A DNA stretch of 64,000 nt, taken from positions 3,104,001 through 3,168,000 of the forward strand of contig OZ251518.1 in the NCBI GenBank assembly GCA_965242965.1, given 5' to 3'. This document shows, in pieces, positions 10,086 to 20,260 of the stretch (the stretch's first letter is position 1; each line of letters begins with the position of its first letter). Source of the DNA: Candidatus Poribacteria bacterium (GTDB lineage: Bacteria > Poribacteria > WGA-4E > WGA-3G). The notes under the pieces were generated by a model, which saw only the letters and a program-made list of their open reading frames with translations, searched no databases and was not told where the DNA came from. Both the position numbers and the translations under genes were made by a program.

Positions 10086-12611
10086 TTAATTCTCCGTGTT
10101 CTCCGCGTTCTCAGCCGCGTTCGATTTCCCCATACCCTCTTTGAGCAAGGCACCAAGGGATGTGACAGTCTCCTCAGGTGCTAGCTGTCTGGGCCGGCGA
10201 GGTTCACGTTCATGTTCGCGGTCGCGGTCGCGTTCACGTTCGCGGTCGCGTTCACGTCTTGGCCGTGAGCGGCGTTCCTGCCGCGGTGGCCGAGCCTGTT
10301 CCTCTTCGGTATCTGTCCCGCGTTCCTGTTCGGCGAGTGCGGCTCTCAAACTGAGGCCGATACGCCTGTCTTGCGGTGAGAGATTGATAACCTTCAGGTC
10401 CAACTCTTGTCCGAGGGAGACGACATCGTCGGGTTTGTCAATGCGCCGGTTGGCGAGTTCGGAGATGTGAATCAAGCCTTCGATGCCTTCCTCCAGTTTG
10501 GTAAAAGCCCCGAAACTGGTGATGTTGACAATTTTGCCGCGGACGATGGTGCCGACTTTATACTTTTCGGGGACTTCCGCCCACGGATCTGGTTGCGTCT
10601 GCTTCAGGCCCAGGGAGACGCGCCGTTCCTCCGGATCGATGTGCAGCACGACTACCTCAATCTCCTTGCCTTCCTTCAGTGAGGGTTTAGCACTGCCGCG
10701 CTTCGTCCAAGAGAGATCGGAGGTGTGGATGAGTCCATCGATGCCGCTCTCAATTTCGACAAACGCGCCGAACGGTGTGAGGTTCCGGATGCGCCCGGTG
10801 ACTTTGGTGCCGGCGGGGTATTTCTCCGCCAAGACTTCCCAGGGATTCTGCTGCAACTGCTTGAGTCCGAGGGAGATGCGCTTGTCGTCGCGGGAAATCT
10901 CCAGCACGAGTGCCTCAATTTCCTGTCCCTTGTTGACAATGCGCGAGGGGGCAACGTTGCGCCGCGTCCACGCCATTTCGGAGACGTGAATGAGGCCCTC
11001 AACGCCTTCCTCTAATTGCAGGAACGCGCCGTAGTTGACGATATTGACGACTTTGCCCCGGACGGTGGAGCCGATGGGATACTTCTCTTCGACGTTCGCC
11101 CAAGGGTCTTCTGTCTTCTGCTTGAGCCCGAGCGAGATTTTCTCGTTATCCTTGCCGATGCTGAGGACAACGACTTCCACTTCCTGTCCCGGTGTGACGA
11201 CTTCAGAGGGATGATGGATGCGCCGCCACGACATGTCTGTCTTGTGGAGTAAGCCGTCTACGCCGCCCAGGTCGACGAACGCGCCGAAAGCGGTGATATT
11301 CTTCACCACGCCGGGGATGAGCTGCCCGACTTCCAGGCTGTTCAGCACCTCTGCCTTCTTCCGTTCTATCTCTGCCTCAAGCCATGCACGGCGCGACAAG
11401 ACGATGTTGTGCCGCCGCTTGCTGAGGCTGATAACCTTCATCGGGAAGGACTGTCCGACATACCGTTCAAGGTTTTGAATGGGCCGGATTTCCACTTGAG
11501 ACGCGGGCAGAAAGCCGCGCAGGGAGCCCACGCTGACACGCAGCCCACCTTTAATCCGTTCGGTAATCCTGCCATCTACCGGTCCGCCTGTCTCGTGAGC
11601 GGTAGAAATCTCATCCCAAATCAGCGTCTGATCAGCGATTTTCTTGGAGAGGACTATCTGTCCCTCCGCGTCTTCGCGCCGAACGATGAAGACATCAATG
11701 ACATCCCCGACGTTGACGGGTGGCACATCGCTGCGTCTACCGCCGAATTCCTCTGCGGGGATATAACCCTCCGACTTGAAGCCGATATCGATAAGCACTT
11801 CGTCGCGGCTGACGTTGACGACGGTGCCTTTGACGATTTCGCCATCGGTAAACGCCTTGATAGAATTATCATACGCTTCCTCAAGTGCTTCCGGGCTCAT
11901 AGGTTCCGGGGGTTCTTCCGGTGCGGCGGCGGCGGCCGCCACATCCTCCACTGCTTCATCTGCAGGTGCCTCGCCTTCTGTCAAGTGCACTGCATCCGCG
12001 TCTGTTTCCAGAACCACTGCGGCCGCTGCATCCGCTGGTGGCGGTTCATCGGTAAGTGGGACTGCGTCGACATCAGTTTCCGTGACTTCCACGGCCGCCA
12101 CATCCGCTGCTGCCGGTTCGTCAGTCAAGTGCACTGCATCCGCGTCTGCGTCCGTAATTTCCACAGTGTCGCTTGTCGTTTCCGCTGCAGTCTCCGCGTC
12201 CGTTTCTGCTGCGGTCTCACTCGTGGCATCGGTGTCCGCTTCGCTGCCTTCTTGTTCCGCTGCAGTCTCCGCGTCCGTTTCTGCTGCAGTTTCACTCGCG
12301 GCATCGGTGTCCACTTCGCTGCCTTCTTCTTGTTCCGATTCGGCTTCTGTCGTGATGATTTCCGCCGTTTCGGTAGGTTCCGCCGTTTCAGGTGTGGGTT
12401 CCGCTGTCCCGCTGTCGGCTTCTGCCTGCACCTCGATGTCCGCTTCGGGTTCAGGTGTGGGTTCCGCTGTCTCGCTGTCGGCTTCTGCCTGCACCTCAAT
12501 GTCCGCTTCGGGCGCGACTTCGGGTGTCTCTGTTTCGCTCACCGCTTCGGGGTGATTCTGTTCTTCCACCTCAGCGGTGGAGGCATTCGTAGTTGCCTGT
12601 TCGTTGTTCAT
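10086..12611 (-). CDS. rpsA: 30S ribosomal protein S1 with a long acidic repetitive N-terminal extension
   Basis: Six S1 domains (DIGFKSEG, FLPASQ, FGAFVDLGGVDGLLH, EGLIHVSE...), preceded by about 245 aa of E/T/A/D/P-rich repeats. Confidence 0.95.
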   Translation of the reverse strand: MNNEQATTNASTAEVEEQNHPEAVSETETPEVAPEADIEVQAEADSETAEPTPEPEADIEVQAEADSGTAEPTPETAEPTETAEIITTEAESEQEEGSEVDTDAASETAAETDAETAAEQEGSEADTDATSETAAETDAETAAETTSDTVEITDADADAVHLTDEPAAADVAAVEVTETDVDAVPLTDEPPPADAAAAVVLETDADAVHLTEGEAPADEAVEDVAAAAAAPEEPPEPMSPEALEEAYDNSIKAFTDGEIVKGTVVNVSRDEVLIDIGFKSEGYIPAEEFGGRRSDVPPVNVGDVIDVFIVRREDAEGQIVLSKKIADQTLIWDEISTAHETGGPVDGRITERIKGGLRVSVGSLRGFLPASQVEIRPIQNLERYVGQSFPMKVISLSKRRHNIVLSRRAWLEAEIERKKAEVLNSLEVGQLIPGVVKNITAFGAFVDLGGVDGLLHKTDMSWRRIHHPSEVVTPGQEVEVVVLSIGKDNEKISLGLKQKTEDPWANVEEKYPIGSTVRGKVVNIVNYGAFLQLEEGVEGLIHVSEMAWTRRNVAPSRIVNKGQEIEALVLEISRDDKRISLGLKQLQQNPWEVLAEKYPAGTKVTGRIRNLTPFGAFVEIESGIDGLIHTSDLSWTKRGSAKPSLKEGKEIEVVVLHIDPEERRVSLGLKQTQPDPWAEVPEKYKVGTIVRGKIVNITSFGAFTKLEEGIEGLIHISELANRRIDKPDDVVSLGQELDLKVINLSPQDRRIGLSLRAALAEQERGTDTEEEQARPPRQERRSRPRRERDRERERDRDREHEREPRRPRQLAPEETVTSLGALLKEGMGKSNAAENAENTEN

Positions 12612-12712
12612 TAAGATACCTGGTCCAGTGAAAAACGCGAATCCGCGTTAATCCGCCAGTTCCTCCTTAATAGTCAAAGCGCGTTATTGCACTTTGCAAA
12701 TCGGTTAGGAAT

Positions 12713-12790
12713 AGTATATCATAAATTTGCAAAGAAATGCAAGAAAAAATTTAAAAAAGGCTTGACTTTTTTCTGGCGTTAGGTTAAAAT
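12713..12790. promoter_or_regulatory. Divergent promoters (rpsA / STAS-RsbW pair)
   Basis: Plus: TTGACT(12762)-17-TAAAAT. Minus: TTGCAT-18-TATACT. Confidence 0.6.
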
Positions 12791-12941
12791 TAAGATAGGA
12801 TTTCTAGACATGCGATAATTCCGTCCCGGTAGGCGCGTTTTTTTTGAGCGTCCGTGTGAGTTTGCGCGGTTTGTCCGTGCGCCTACAAGGTTCGTTTTCC
12901 GTAAGTCTTCTATCATTTTTAACCGATGGCAGGTGAATTCT

Positions 12942-13286
12942 ATGTCTTCAACCGAATTGATGACGCTCCGGGAGAACGCCGATATCAAAATTATTGAGAT
13001 AAAGATGGACTTGAGTAGTTACGCCGCGTCGGCTTTGCGGAAGATGCTGGAGTCCCTCCTATCACAAAAGATTGATAAAATTGTCGTGAACCTGAGCGAA
13101 GTCAACCATATTAATAGCACGGCGGTGGGCGCGCTCGTCGGGGTGGCGAAACGGCTCCGTCAAGAAGGCGGTGACCTGAAGATTTGCGGGCTCGCCGAGA
13201 ATTTGACGCGCACGTTTAACCTCATCGGCGCGTCCAGCGTCGTTGAAATTTACGAATCGGAAAAGAGTGCCCTCGCGGCATTTTAG
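12942..13286 (+). CDS. STAS anti-sigma factor antagonist (RsbV/SpoIIAA-like)
   Basis: IVVNLSEVNHINSTAVGALV...GGDLKICG...IYESEKSALAAF; start may be 12933 or 12942. Confidence 0.88.
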   Translation: MSSTELMTLRENADIKIIEIKMDLSSYAASALRKMLESLLSQKIDKIVVNLSEVNHINSTAVGALVGVAKRLRQEGGDLKICGLAENLTRTFNLIGASSVVEIYESEKSALAAF

Positions 13287-13320
13287 TTCAGTGACACACG
13301 TCACAAAGTAGCACTTGCGT

Positions 13321-13758
13321 ATGGAGAAAGCACATATTGAGCTCAAGATGCCGAGCGACGTTCTTTACGTAGATCCGGTCCGGACATTTGTCGGTAAGTT
13401 AGCGGAACGTCTTGAGTTCTCGCGAAAACGCGGCGCGGATATCCAACTCACTGTTGACGAAATCTGCACCAATGCCGTTAAGCACGGTTCTTCGGCTGCC
13501 ACAGATAGAATTGCGTTGTGCATCCGTGTGGATAAGGATACCCTTGAGATTTTGGTGCGGGATACGGGGCATGGGGATGCGGCGGCAGGTGGATGGATAA
13601 CGCCGGAACGGCTTCGAGAGATTGAGGTGAATCGCTCGCCGTGTAGTGAAAGTGGGCACGGCATTTTCATCGCGAAATCGCTTGCTGATGTCCACGAGAT
13701 GTGGTGTAACGCCGCCGGTGGGACGGAGGTCCGCGTCATTTTTTATCGTGAACGGTAG
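13321..13758 (+). CDS. RsbW/SpoIIAB-like anti-sigma Ser/Thr kinase (HATPase_c_2)
   Basis: DEICTNAVKHG N-box, VRDTGHG G1 and ESGHGIFI G2. Confidence 0.88.
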   Translation: MEKAHIELKMPSDVLYVDPVRTFVGKLAERLEFSRKRGADIQLTVDEICTNAVKHGSSAATDRIALCIRVDKDTLEILVRDTGHGDAAAGGWITPERLREIEVNRSPCSESGHGIFIAKSLADVHEMWCNAAGGTEVRVIFYRER

Positions 13759-14450
13759 GGGAGACCTCCTGGTCTCGATTCTTCGGGGCCCCGCGCTACG
13801 ATAAAAAAACGCCATCCCTTCACCGTAGCGCGGGGGCCTGTCCCCCGCGATCTTTCCGCGCGCGAAGCATGGCGAGGGACAGGCCCTCGCCCTACGGTGA
13901 GAGGGGGGCTGTTCTGTGAAGAAGATGTCCCGTTACCGTAGCGCGGGGGCCTGTCCCCCGCGATCTCTCCGCGCGCGAACGCATGGCGAGGGACAGGCCT
14001 CGCCCTACGGTGAGAGGGGGGCTGTTCTATGAAGAAGATGTCCCGTTACCGTAGCGCGGGGGCCTGTCCCCCGCGATCTTGGCATGGCGAGAGACAGGCC
14101 CTCGCCCTACGGTGAGAGGGGGGTTGTTCTGTGAAGAAGATGTCCTGTTACCGTAGCGCGGGGGCCTGTCCCCCGCGATCTTTCCGCGCGCGAAGCATGG
14201 CGAGGGACAGGCCCTCGCCCTACGGTGAGGGGGTTGTTTTGTGAAGAAGATGTCCCGTTACCGTAGCGCGGGGGCCTGTCCCCCGCGATCGTTGCATGGC
14301 GAGGGACAGGCCCTCGCCCTACGTAAAGGGGCGGCGTTTTTTTTCCCGTAGCGCGGGGGCCTGTCCTCCGCGGTCTCTCCGCGCGCGAACGATGGCGAGG
14401 GAAACCTGCTCGGATGCGCGTGTGGCATCCGAGGGCCCTCGCCCTACGGA
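13756..14450. repeat. Tandem array of about 6 REP-doublet units (BIME-like)
   Basis: ccgtagcgcgggggcctgtcccccgcg + ggcgagggacaggccctcgccctacgg units start near 13823, 13936, 14049, 14151, 14261 and 14346, between convergent genes. Confidence 0.9.
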
Positions 14451-14463
14451 AATGCGGATGTGT

Positions 14464-15642
14464 TCAAGTTTTGGGTCGCGCCGCGGCCTCAATAGCGATG
14501 AGCGTCAAATCGTCGTCTTTCGGGACAGATTCGGCGAAGGCATCGACTGCCTCAGAAACGCTGTTGAGCAGGGCAGCTACCGGTTTGCCTGCACCCGCAC
14601 TCACCAACTGCTGAAACCGGTCCGCCGTGAACTCTTCACCCTGCGCATTCTTTACCTCATACGCCCCATCCGTATAGAGAAATAACTGACTGGACCGGGC
14701 GAACGGATAAGAGTGCGCCTCATAAGTTGAATCACGCCAGATGCCCAAACCGTTGCCGGTTTTTTTATCGCCGACGACTTGACTGGTATCCTCAGCACCG
14801 TTATAGAGGAATGGGAAGGGATGCCCCGCATTGGCACAGGTGAGTTCGCCTTTCTCGCAGTCGATGACACCGCAAAACGCCGTTGCAAACATAAAGACGC
14901 GGGAGCTGAGCATGTCATTAAACCGCGTGTTGAGGATTTCCAAGATGCGGGCCGGATCCCCGCCAATTTGCTCCTGAAATTCGGCTAGCACCGTCTTAAT
15001 AAAGACTGTGACGAAGGCGGCAGATACGCCGTGTCCCATGACATCGGAGATGAAAACGCCGAGGCGGTTGGGTTCAATCTCCCAGACATCGAAAAAATCG
15101 CCGCCGACGGCCATCTCTGGGCTACAGCGTGAAGCGATATGGCATCCGCCTAATTCCTGCAAGCCGTTTTGGGGGAGCAGGATTTCCTGAATGCTGCGCG
15201 CCATTTGCAGTTCTTCTTCCAAGCGTGCATTGTGGGCTGCTAGGGTATCGTGATATTGTTTGATGCGGAGCAGTGAACGGACGCGCGCCAGCACCTCAAA
15301 ACTATCAAAAGGCTTCTCGATGAAATCGTCTGCGCCTGCCTCGATGGCCCGAATCCGATTTTCGCGCGTATCGCGAAGCGCGGTTATCATGATTATCGGA
15401 ATGAATTCTGTCGCTTTGTCCTCGCGGAGATGCGCCACCACCTCAAACCCGTCCATCTTTGGCATGTTGATGTCCATTAAAACCAGGTCTGGTTTTTCAG
15501 CCTTTACCTTTTCCAATGCGTCAATGCCATCGACAGCGGTGCAAACGGTGTAACCTCGCGCTTGAAGTTGGATCTGGAGGATTCTGACGTTCTTCGGTTC
15601 ATCGTCAACGACGAGAATTTTTGTAACGGTTTCGGCATTCAT
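14464..15642 (-). CDS. Response regulator receiver + PP2C (SpoIIE/RsbU-type) phosphatase
   Basis: ILVVDDE...DLVLMDINMP...KPF receiver; VGGDFFD, SDVMGHG, NAGHP, YTDG and DDLT phosphatase motifs. Confidence 0.93.
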   Translation of the reverse strand: MNAETVTKILVVDDEPKNVRILQIQLQARGYTVCTAVDGIDALEKVKAEKPDLVLMDINMPKMDGFEVVAHLREDKATEFIPIIMITALRDTRENRIRAIEAGADDFIEKPFDSFEVLARVRSLLRIKQYHDTLAAHNARLEEELQMARSIQEILLPQNGLQELGGCHIASRCSPEMAVGGDFFDVWEIEPNRLGVFISDVMGHGVSAAFVTVFIKTVLAEFQEQIGGDPARILEILNTRFNDMLSSRVFMFATAFCGVIDCEKGELTCANAGHPFPFLYNGAEDTSQVVGDKKTGNGLGIWRDSTYEAHSYPFARSSQLFLYTDGAYEVKNAQGEEFTADRFQQLVSAGAGKPVAALLNSVSEAVDAFAESVPKDDDLTLIAIEAAARPKT

Positions 15643-15722
15643 AATGAGTTATTCCTATCTGTAGGCGAGTCCTCCTGGTCTCGATGCTGTAGGCGAGTCC
15701 TCCCGGTCTCGATGCAGTTATC

Positions 15723-16115
15723 CTATCCTTTGAGGTGCGCCTCAATCCGTTCCACGAGCAGTTTAATATCGACAGGTTTGCTGAGATAATCGTCGCACCC
15801 GGCTTTGAGGATTCGCTCCTTATCGCCGGGCATGGCGGCGGCAGTCCAAGCGATGATGGGTATCTCTGCCCACTTCCGTTCCGCTTTAATTTGGCGCGTT
15901 AAGTCCTCGCCGCTCTGTCCCGGCAGCGCGATATCCATGAGAATGAGGTCTGGTAGCACGGCTTCCAGGTTCGCGAGTGCTTCTATTGCGTCTTCAGCTT
16001 CCACGACGGTGTAGCCTTGCGCGTGTAGCACAATTCGGACGACTTTGCGGTTCAATTCCTGGTCTTCGATTACCAAGATGCGCGGTGGTTTTGGCAGCGT
16101 GTTTTCAGTGTCCAC
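15723..16115 (-). CDS. Single-domain response regulator (DivK/CheY-like)
   Basis: ILVIED, PDLILMDIALP, GCDDYLSKP. Confidence 0.92.
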   Translation of the reverse strand: MDTENTLPKPPRILVIEDQELNRKVVRIVLHAQGYTVVEAEDAIEALANLEAVLPDLILMDIALPGQSGEDLTRQIKAERKWAEIPIIAWTAAAMPGDKERILKAGCDDYLSKPVDIKLLVERIEAHLKG

Positions 16116-16278
16116 AGGTGTTCCTCAATTGGCTACGGTTCCCTTTGCGGTTAGGTGAGCGGGTTTCCCTCGCCATGCATTTGGCTGGCAGACCGCATCC
16201 CCTCCCTGTAGTTCAGGAGCGCCTGCTCCTGACCCGTTCGGGAGCGGGCGCTCCCGAACTACAGATTTGCAAGCGCGC

Positions 16279-18165
16279 CTACTGGGTTTGCCGGCGGGGC
16301 AGTTTCACGGTGAAATTACTGCCTTTTCCTTCTTCACTGCTCTTCACGTAGATCTCGCCGCCGTGCAAATCTACCAAGCGGCGCGTTAATGCCAATCCGA
16401 GGCCGGTGCCGCCGTATCGCCGGGATTTTGAGGTATCGATCTGCGTAAAGGGTGCGAAGAGTTTACGCTGGTCTTCTTCGGCGATGCCTATCCCGGTATC
16501 AATGACTTCGGCGCAGAGGTGCGTGTCGGTGATTTTGAGATGCGTGGCGACTTTTCCGCCGGCGGGTGTAAACTTCACGGCGTTTGAGAGCAGATTGTAG
16601 AAGATCTGCTTAAATTTCACGCGGTCTGCCTCAATTGTTGCGTCCTGCTGCGCCTGCAAGGTGAGTTGCAACTCCTTCTTTGCGGCGAGCGCGTTGATGA
16701 TGGCGTTGACTTCCTCCATCGCGTCAACGATAGAGAAGCACTCCAGTTGCATCACCATTTTCCCGGCTTCGATTTTGGAAAGATCGAGGATATCGTTAAT
16801 CATGTCAAGGAGATGTTGTCCACTGGTATGAATGTCGTTGACACACTCCTTCTGTTCGGCATTGATGCTTCCGACGAGTTCATCGCGGAGGATTTCGGCG
16901 AAGCCGATGATTGCATTCAAGGGTGTGCGGAGTTCGTGGCTCATGTTTGCGAGGAAATCGCTTTTTGCGCGGCTGGCATTTTCGGCGGATTCCTTTGCGC
17001 GCTGCATCGTCTGTTCCGCCTGCTTTCTGTCGGTGATGTCGGTAGAAGTCATCACAAATCCGACCAGGTGGCCATTCCGTTGAATCGGGCCGATGCAGGA
17101 GGCATACCAATTCCCGCTGAAGCGTCCCTGCACTTCATACGTGATCACCCTCCCGGTTTCAATAACTTTGGCGCATGCTTTCCTGAACCCGGCGTGCTGC
17201 TCCACAGTGAGGAAATCGAAGACGCTTCTGCCGACGATTTCCTCCATCGCCAACTCAAGGCCACTTGGGACGCGATTAAGAAACTCAATCTGATAGGCGA
17301 GGTTGATGGTAGAGATGACATCCGGCGCGCTTTGGACAAGCGAACGCCAGCGCGCCTCGGAGTCCTGCAACGCTTGGACTGCACGATGGTATTCGGTGAT
17401 GTTCCGCGAGATACCACATGTGCCTTGAATACGCCCGTTTCTATCGCGGATAGGCACTTTCGTCGTTGATACCCAAGTGTCCTCGCCGCCGGGCCAGGTC
17501 TCCTTCTCGACTTTTGCCACGATTGGTTTCCCTGTTTCAATGACAGTCTTTTCGTCGCGGTAAGCCTGCTGTGCGTGTTCGCGCGTAAAGTAGTCGAAAT
17601 CCGTTTTGCGGATGGCATCCGTTGGATTTTTGAGCCCGAATTGTTCCGCTAAAGAACGGTTGATACGAATGAACTGACTTTCGGTATCTTTGAAATAGAT
17701 GTGGTCTGGGGTATTCTCCATGAGTGTATGCAGCAGTTCACTGTCTTGCGTATGCGCTGCCACGAGTTGCTTGAGGCGATGCTCACTCTCCTTCACCTTC
17801 GCTTCCAATTGCCGTTGCCGCGTAACGTCCCGTGCGACGACGTAGCAAACGGGTTCGTCTGCCGCGGTTAGCGTTGCGTGCCAACTGATATGCCTGTAAG
17901 ATGCGTCTTTACATTGGACGCGGTTCTCAAAAGCGACGGTGGTGCATTCGCCGGTTTTGAGTTTTTTGATGGCGGCGAGCGTTTCGCCCCGGTCTTCGGC
18001 GTGAATGAGGGTGAACCACGGCTGACTCTGGAGTTCAGCGTGCGTGTATCCGAGTGTCTGTTCCCATGCGGAATTGAGCGGCGCGAAATCGCCATCAAAG
18101 CGGACATACGCGAACATCTCCGTGGACATGTCCAGAAAATGGCTGGTTTCAGTCAAGGGTTTCAT
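16279..18165 (-). CDS. Cytoplasmic multi-PAS sensor histidine kinase
   Basis: Three PAS/PAC segments, H-box SHELRTPL, NLLSNAVKF, DTGIGI and GGTGLGL; no TM helix. Confidence 0.93.
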   Translation of the reverse strand: MKPLTETSHFLDMSTEMFAYVRFDGDFAPLNSAWEQTLGYTHAELQSQPWFTLIHAEDRGETLAAIKKLKTGECTTVAFENRVQCKDASYRHISWHATLTAADEPVCYVVARDVTRQRQLEAKVKESEHRLKQLVAAHTQDSELLHTLMENTPDHIYFKDTESQFIRINRSLAEQFGLKNPTDAIRKTDFDYFTREHAQQAYRDEKTVIETGKPIVAKVEKETWPGGEDTWVSTTKVPIRDRNGRIQGTCGISRNITEYHRAVQALQDSEARWRSLVQSAPDVISTINLAYQIEFLNRVPSGLELAMEEIVGRSVFDFLTVEQHAGFRKACAKVIETGRVITYEVQGRFSGNWYASCIGPIQRNGHLVGFVMTSTDITDRKQAEQTMQRAKESAENASRAKSDFLANMSHELRTPLNAIIGFAEILRDELVGSINAEQKECVNDIHTSGQHLLDMINDILDLSKIEAGKMVMQLECFSIVDAMEEVNAIINALAAKKELQLTLQAQQDATIEADRVKFKQIFYNLLSNAVKFTPAGGKVATHLKITDTHLCAEVIDTGIGIAEEDQRKLFAPFTQIDTSKSRRYGGTGLGLALTRRLVDLHGGEIYVKSSEEGKGSNFTVKLPRRQTQ

Positions 18166-18191
18166 GGTTGTCCCTCGTTGGATTTGATGGA

Positions 18192-18378
18192 GATGGCGAG
18201 GGACAGGCCCTCGCCCTACGGTAATAAGCGGATTACGATAACGAGCGGCGATGGCGAGGGACAGGCCCTCGCCCTACGGTAATAGGCGGATTACGATAAC
18301 GATCGGAGCGTGGCGAGGGACAGGCCCTCGCCCTACGATAATAGGCGGATTACGATAACAAGCGGATTACGGTAACAA
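18192..18378. repeat. Three tandem REP units with gcggattacgataac spacers
   Basis: tggcgagggacaggccctcgccctacg...gcggattacgataac repeated at about 58-bp spacing. Confidence 0.85.
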
Positions 18379-18386
18379 ACAGCTAC

Positions 18387-19148
18387 TCAATGCGTGACTA
18401 GGACTGAGCGTTTTGCGAGTTTGACGACGGTTTGCGTGGTGCTTTGGAAGACGAGTTCGTAGAGTTTCCCGTGGTGGCTTGCGCTGAGCGCGATGAGATC
18501 ACAGTCGTTCTCTTCGGCGTTTTCCAAGATATTCGTCACGGTGAACCCGCGCGCGGTCCGGTATTCCGTTTCGACATCGTAGTAGTTGAGGTATTCCTGC
18601 ATCTGCTGCTTAATCTGTGTTGCCTCGGCTTGCGTATTTGAAAGCGCGAGGCCGAGGATGCCCGCCTTCGTCAATTCCCCGATTTCGGCGACGAGTGCTA
18701 ACACGTGGTCCGAGTAGATATCGCCGTGATGGACGGCGAGTATTTTTCGGAGGAGTGTGCATTGTTCGTGGACGACGATGATGGGCTTCGTGATATGCGA
18801 GATGACATTGTCGATCTGGTTCTGAATCATCTTGAGCCCGCGTGTCCGAATGTCTTCGGGGAGTCCGATGACAACCAGGTCAGCGGCGTGTGCTTTCTCG
18901 CAGATTGTCTCCTGCGGGTTGCCGGCGACGGCCTCGATGTGGTAATCGAGGAAGTCGTAGAGAGCGCATTCGGCTTCGGTGCGCCGCATGACAGTTTCCG
19001 CGACATCGGTGCTGCCGCCGTGGCTGCTATCCTGAAAAAAGACACACGAGAGATGTGTATCCAATAGCACGGCGAGTTGTCCGGCGTACTCAAAGGCGTT
19101 CTTCTCGTAATCTGTGTCACCAATGGCGACAAGTATGTTTTTTATCAT
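18387..19148 (-). CDS. Universal stress protein (tandem USP domains)
   Basis: MIKNILVAI..., ADLVVIG, KPIIVV, CDLIALS...STTQTVVKLAKRSVLV. Confidence 0.85.
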   Translation of the reverse strand: MIKNILVAIGDTDYEKNAFEYAGQLAVLLDTHLSCVFFQDSSHGGSTDVAETVMRRTEAECALYDFLDYHIEAVAGNPQETICEKAHAADLVVIGLPEDIRTRGLKMIQNQIDNVISHITKPIIVVHEQCTLLRKILAVHHGDIYSDHVLALVAEIGELTKAGILGLALSNTQAEATQIKQQMQEYLNYYDVETEYRTARGFTVTNILENAEENDCDLIALSASHHGKLYELVFQSTTQTVVKLAKRSVLVTH

Positions 19149-19181
19149 AGCATTGTCCTTCTGCGAACGTCACTGTGAATG

Positions 19182-19535
19182 TCACTGTGACGGAGCTAAC
19201 AAGGCGGCGATTGCCTCGGCTTCGCTGTCATAGTTTTGAAAGACGGTGATTAAGCGCGCCATGACAATGAGGTTTTTGACATGCTTGCTGACGTTAATCA
19301 CTGCGATTTTCCCGCCGCGGGGGTGTATCTCGGCGTAGATTTTCATCATGGCACCGAGCCCGGAGCTATCCATACCGGTGACCTGCTTGAAGTCAAACAC
19401 CAATTTCGGCGGTTCGCTGAGCGTAGCGAGAGTTTCCTCGACGATGGCGGTAATCTCGTTGACATCGGGTGCGATGATTCTCCCGCTGAGTTTAAGAATA
19501 ACAACTCCTTCTCTCTCCAACACGTTAATTCTCAT
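19182..19535 (-). CDS. STAS anti-sigma factor antagonist
   Basis: LVFDFKQVTGMDSSGLG phosphoacceptor motif. Confidence 0.9.
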   Translation of the reverse strand: MRINVLEREGVVILKLSGRIIAPDVNEITAIVEETLATLSEPPKLVFDFKQVTGMDSSGLGAMMKIYAEIHPRGGKIAVINVSKHVKNLIVMARLITVFQNYDSEAEAIAALLAPSQ

Positions 19536-19686
19536 CCCTGCTTGCCTCCTGTCCGTAGCGTCGGGCTCAGCCGTATCCGAGTGTGGCGTGCGCGCTTGCG
19601 TGTGCGGAGATTAGGCTCGCGAGAGCCCAATCTCCTGAAAGCGGCGCTCGGGGCCACTTGTGAGAAGAGCCTTCCGAAAACGCGGG

Positions 19687-20034
19687 TTAACTTTCGTTCC
19701 CGAGTGCCGAGACCGCGTCTGCTTCGGAGTCATAATGTTCAAAGATACTGACGAGCCGGCTTCGGACGATCAAGTTCTTGATGTTTTTGCCGACGTTGAT
19801 AACGCCGATACGCCCGCCTTGCCGCTTCGCGGCGACATGCGCGCCCATCAGGGTGCCGAGCCCGGAACTGTCCATCATTGAGACATGCTCAAAATTGATC
19901 AGGAGCCGCGGGGCATCGGCAGCATCAATCTGCGTTGTAATCACCTCGCGCAGCTCTGATACCGCTGTCCCCATGATCTTCCCGTTGGGCTCCAATACTG
20001 TAACGCCATCGTTCTGGCGGATTGTGGTTGCCAT
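19687..20034 (-). CDS. STAS anti-sigma factor antagonist
   Basis: MATTIRQ... after AAGGAG; LLINFEHVSMMDSSGLG; paralog of the downstream gene. Confidence 0.9.
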   Translation of the reverse strand: MATTIRQNDGVTVLEPNGKIMGTAVSELREVITTQIDAADAPRLLINFEHVSMMDSSGLGTLMGAHVAAKRQGGRIGVINVGKNIKNLIVRSRLVSIFEHYDSEADAVSALGNES

Positions 20035-20093
20035 GCGTCTGCTCCTTTTTGTCGGGTTGCGGCGAATTGAAAGGTCCAATTCGCCTTATACCT

Positions 20094-20260
20094 TTGATAC
20101 TCCCCACAGCCTGAAGGCTGGGGATTTTTTTCGTCCCTCGTGGGGACGTTTCCAGTTCAAGAACTGGACAACCGCGTCTCCAAACGGATGCCGCGGGGCG
20201 GTATCATGGCCGCCGCTACAGGGACAGCCAGCTGTCCCAGATACTTTCTACGGATGTTTA
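20094..20260 (-). ncRNA. Putative omegaRNA/reRNA scaffold overlapping the tnpB 3' end and right end
   Basis: Expected position for IS605 TnpB. Hairpins cgtccccacgagggacg and the right-end hairpin end in TCAA, followed by the flank aggtataaggcgaattgg (putative guide). 5' boundary unknown. Confidence 0.5.

Noticed and set aside
11409-12614. Long plus-strand ORFs antisense to rpsA (similar antisense ORFs occur over gltB, the LTD gene and ftsZ)
   Set aside because: Shadow ORFs caused by GC-rich codon bias; no motifs or RBS.
13756-14450. CRISPR-like regularly spaced repeats (also at 18192-18378, 42960-43200 and 60535-60625)
   Set aside because: The spacers are themselves repeated, the repeats occur in both orientations and begin with GTAG, and there are no cas genes. 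These are REP/BIME arrays.
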